Positions 62,813 to 64,000 of a stretch of 64,000 nt of DNA are shown piece by piece. Under the pieces are notes generated by a model. The model saw nothing but the letters and a program-made list of their open reading frames with translations. It searched no databases and was not told the DNA's origin. The first letter of the stretch is position 1, and each line of letters begins with the position of its first letter. This DNA comes from Octopus sinensis (taxonomy: Eukaryota). Both the position numbers and the translations under genes were made by a program. Where the stretch lies: NCBI RefSeq assembly GCF_006345805.1, contig NC_043015.1, forward strand, positions 13,392,001-13,456,000, read 5' to 3'.

Positions 62813-64000
62813 ATATATATATATATATATATATATACATACATCATCATTATTACTAAACATCTGTTTTCCATGCTGGCATGAGTTGGACAGTTTGACA
62901 GGATCTGATAACCTGGCATGTCAACTTTGGAGAATTCTTGGTTCTTGAGATTCTTTCTCCCTTTCATATGGAGCTTGTTCTAACTTACCATCTAGTAATT
63001 GTTATATATCCTCTTGGAGCAGAGATACGGTTTTATGGGTTATCCCTGAAAATAAGTTTTTTTTTGTTTTTATCTAGCTAAAGGCGGTTTATTTTTTGAC
63101 ATGGGAGATATGTTCAGTTTTTGTTTTTAAAGCGGGTCTAAGGAAAATTTTTAAATACAAATAAACGACAGTTACGACTGTATATTCATCAATGTTAGGA
63201 ATTCACTTGGTGGTGGATGCTTGTGGGCGACTTGTTTAACATTGGCCGTCACACCCAAATGATGTCCAAAATGTGTACTACATACAATGGCAAGTTTAAC
63301 CAAAATTCTAGAGCTCTAAGCCAATTATGAATCCGCTAGTGAATCCCATTGCCTTCCCCAGAAGAAGTCTTGAACTACACATTGTAAGCTAATGAAACAT
63401 TTGCAATATATGTAGTATTCCGCTCCTTACACCAATGAGTTATATATGCATGGTCATTGGAAAGTTCAAAGAGTTGATCTGCCGCGCGGAGTGAAATAGT
63501 CTAAGGTTTCTTACTATCGTCTTTTTCAGAGAGAAAGAGATAGAGAGGAAGGAAGGGAGGGAGGGAAAGAAAGACAGTGAGAAAAAGAAACAAAGAAAAG
63601 TTGCCTTGATGTTACAGAATTGCGAATGGAGATATTTAAAGTAATGTAGGGGATTTGGTATGCAAGAAAGCTGGAAAGCTAGTGACAGGTGATGTGAATA
63701 GTATGTGAGATATACGATGGGGCGGAAGTCAAGAATTTGCTAAGAGTTGGTTGAGGGGGCAAAGTTTATCGTAAGATCCAGGTCAGTTCAAATGGGAAGG
63801 AGGCTGTAATATTACTTGCTTACAGATAAGTGAACTTCTTTCATATCCGCAGACTGAATAGAGTGGGTTAGGAACTTTCGTCCCTTCAGCCTGATATCCG
63901 ATCCAAAACTAAATTCGATTCGCTATCATCTGAATATGATCCTCTCGTAAATCACAGCATGAAATCAAAAGTTTCAGTGGTTTCTTAATCAACCATACAA

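Noticed and set aside
62989-63045. Minus-strand 57-nt segment with good AG and GTAAGT splice signals
   Set aside because: Stop codons in all three frames. It could only be a non-coding exon, and there is no supporting evidence.

Overview
AT-rich, repeat-dense eukaryotic genomic DNA, most likely from an octopus or other coleoid cephalopod. This is inferred from the repeat landscape and not verified. I can support one host gene: the last three coding exons of a TMEM256 (DUF423-family) orthologue on the + strand at 13-50, 2316-2396 and 10286-10429, which splice in frame. The rest is mostly transposon relics and microsatellites. These include tRNA-derived SINEs of about three families, RTE LINE fragments, a decayed Penelope-like element with inverted termini, a second Penelope family, a Hero-like RLE non-LTR element, mariner/Tc1/Tigger relics, Helitron relics and several MITEs. 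There is a 100-N assembly gap at 20887-20986. Most ORFs in the supplied track are artefacts of microsatellites or antisense frames. The most notable observations are: (i) about nine minimal type-I hammerhead ribozyme motifs from several unrelated Penelope-like terminal repeats, some with non-canonical cores (U3:A8 covariation, A.A closing helix II, U at position 6), and one at the apex of a perfect 62-bp hairpin; (ii) a Hero-like element bracketed by ~130-bp direct terminal repeats; (iii) an unusually high density of long inverted repeats. All family assignments come from motif recognition by eye; no database searches were run.
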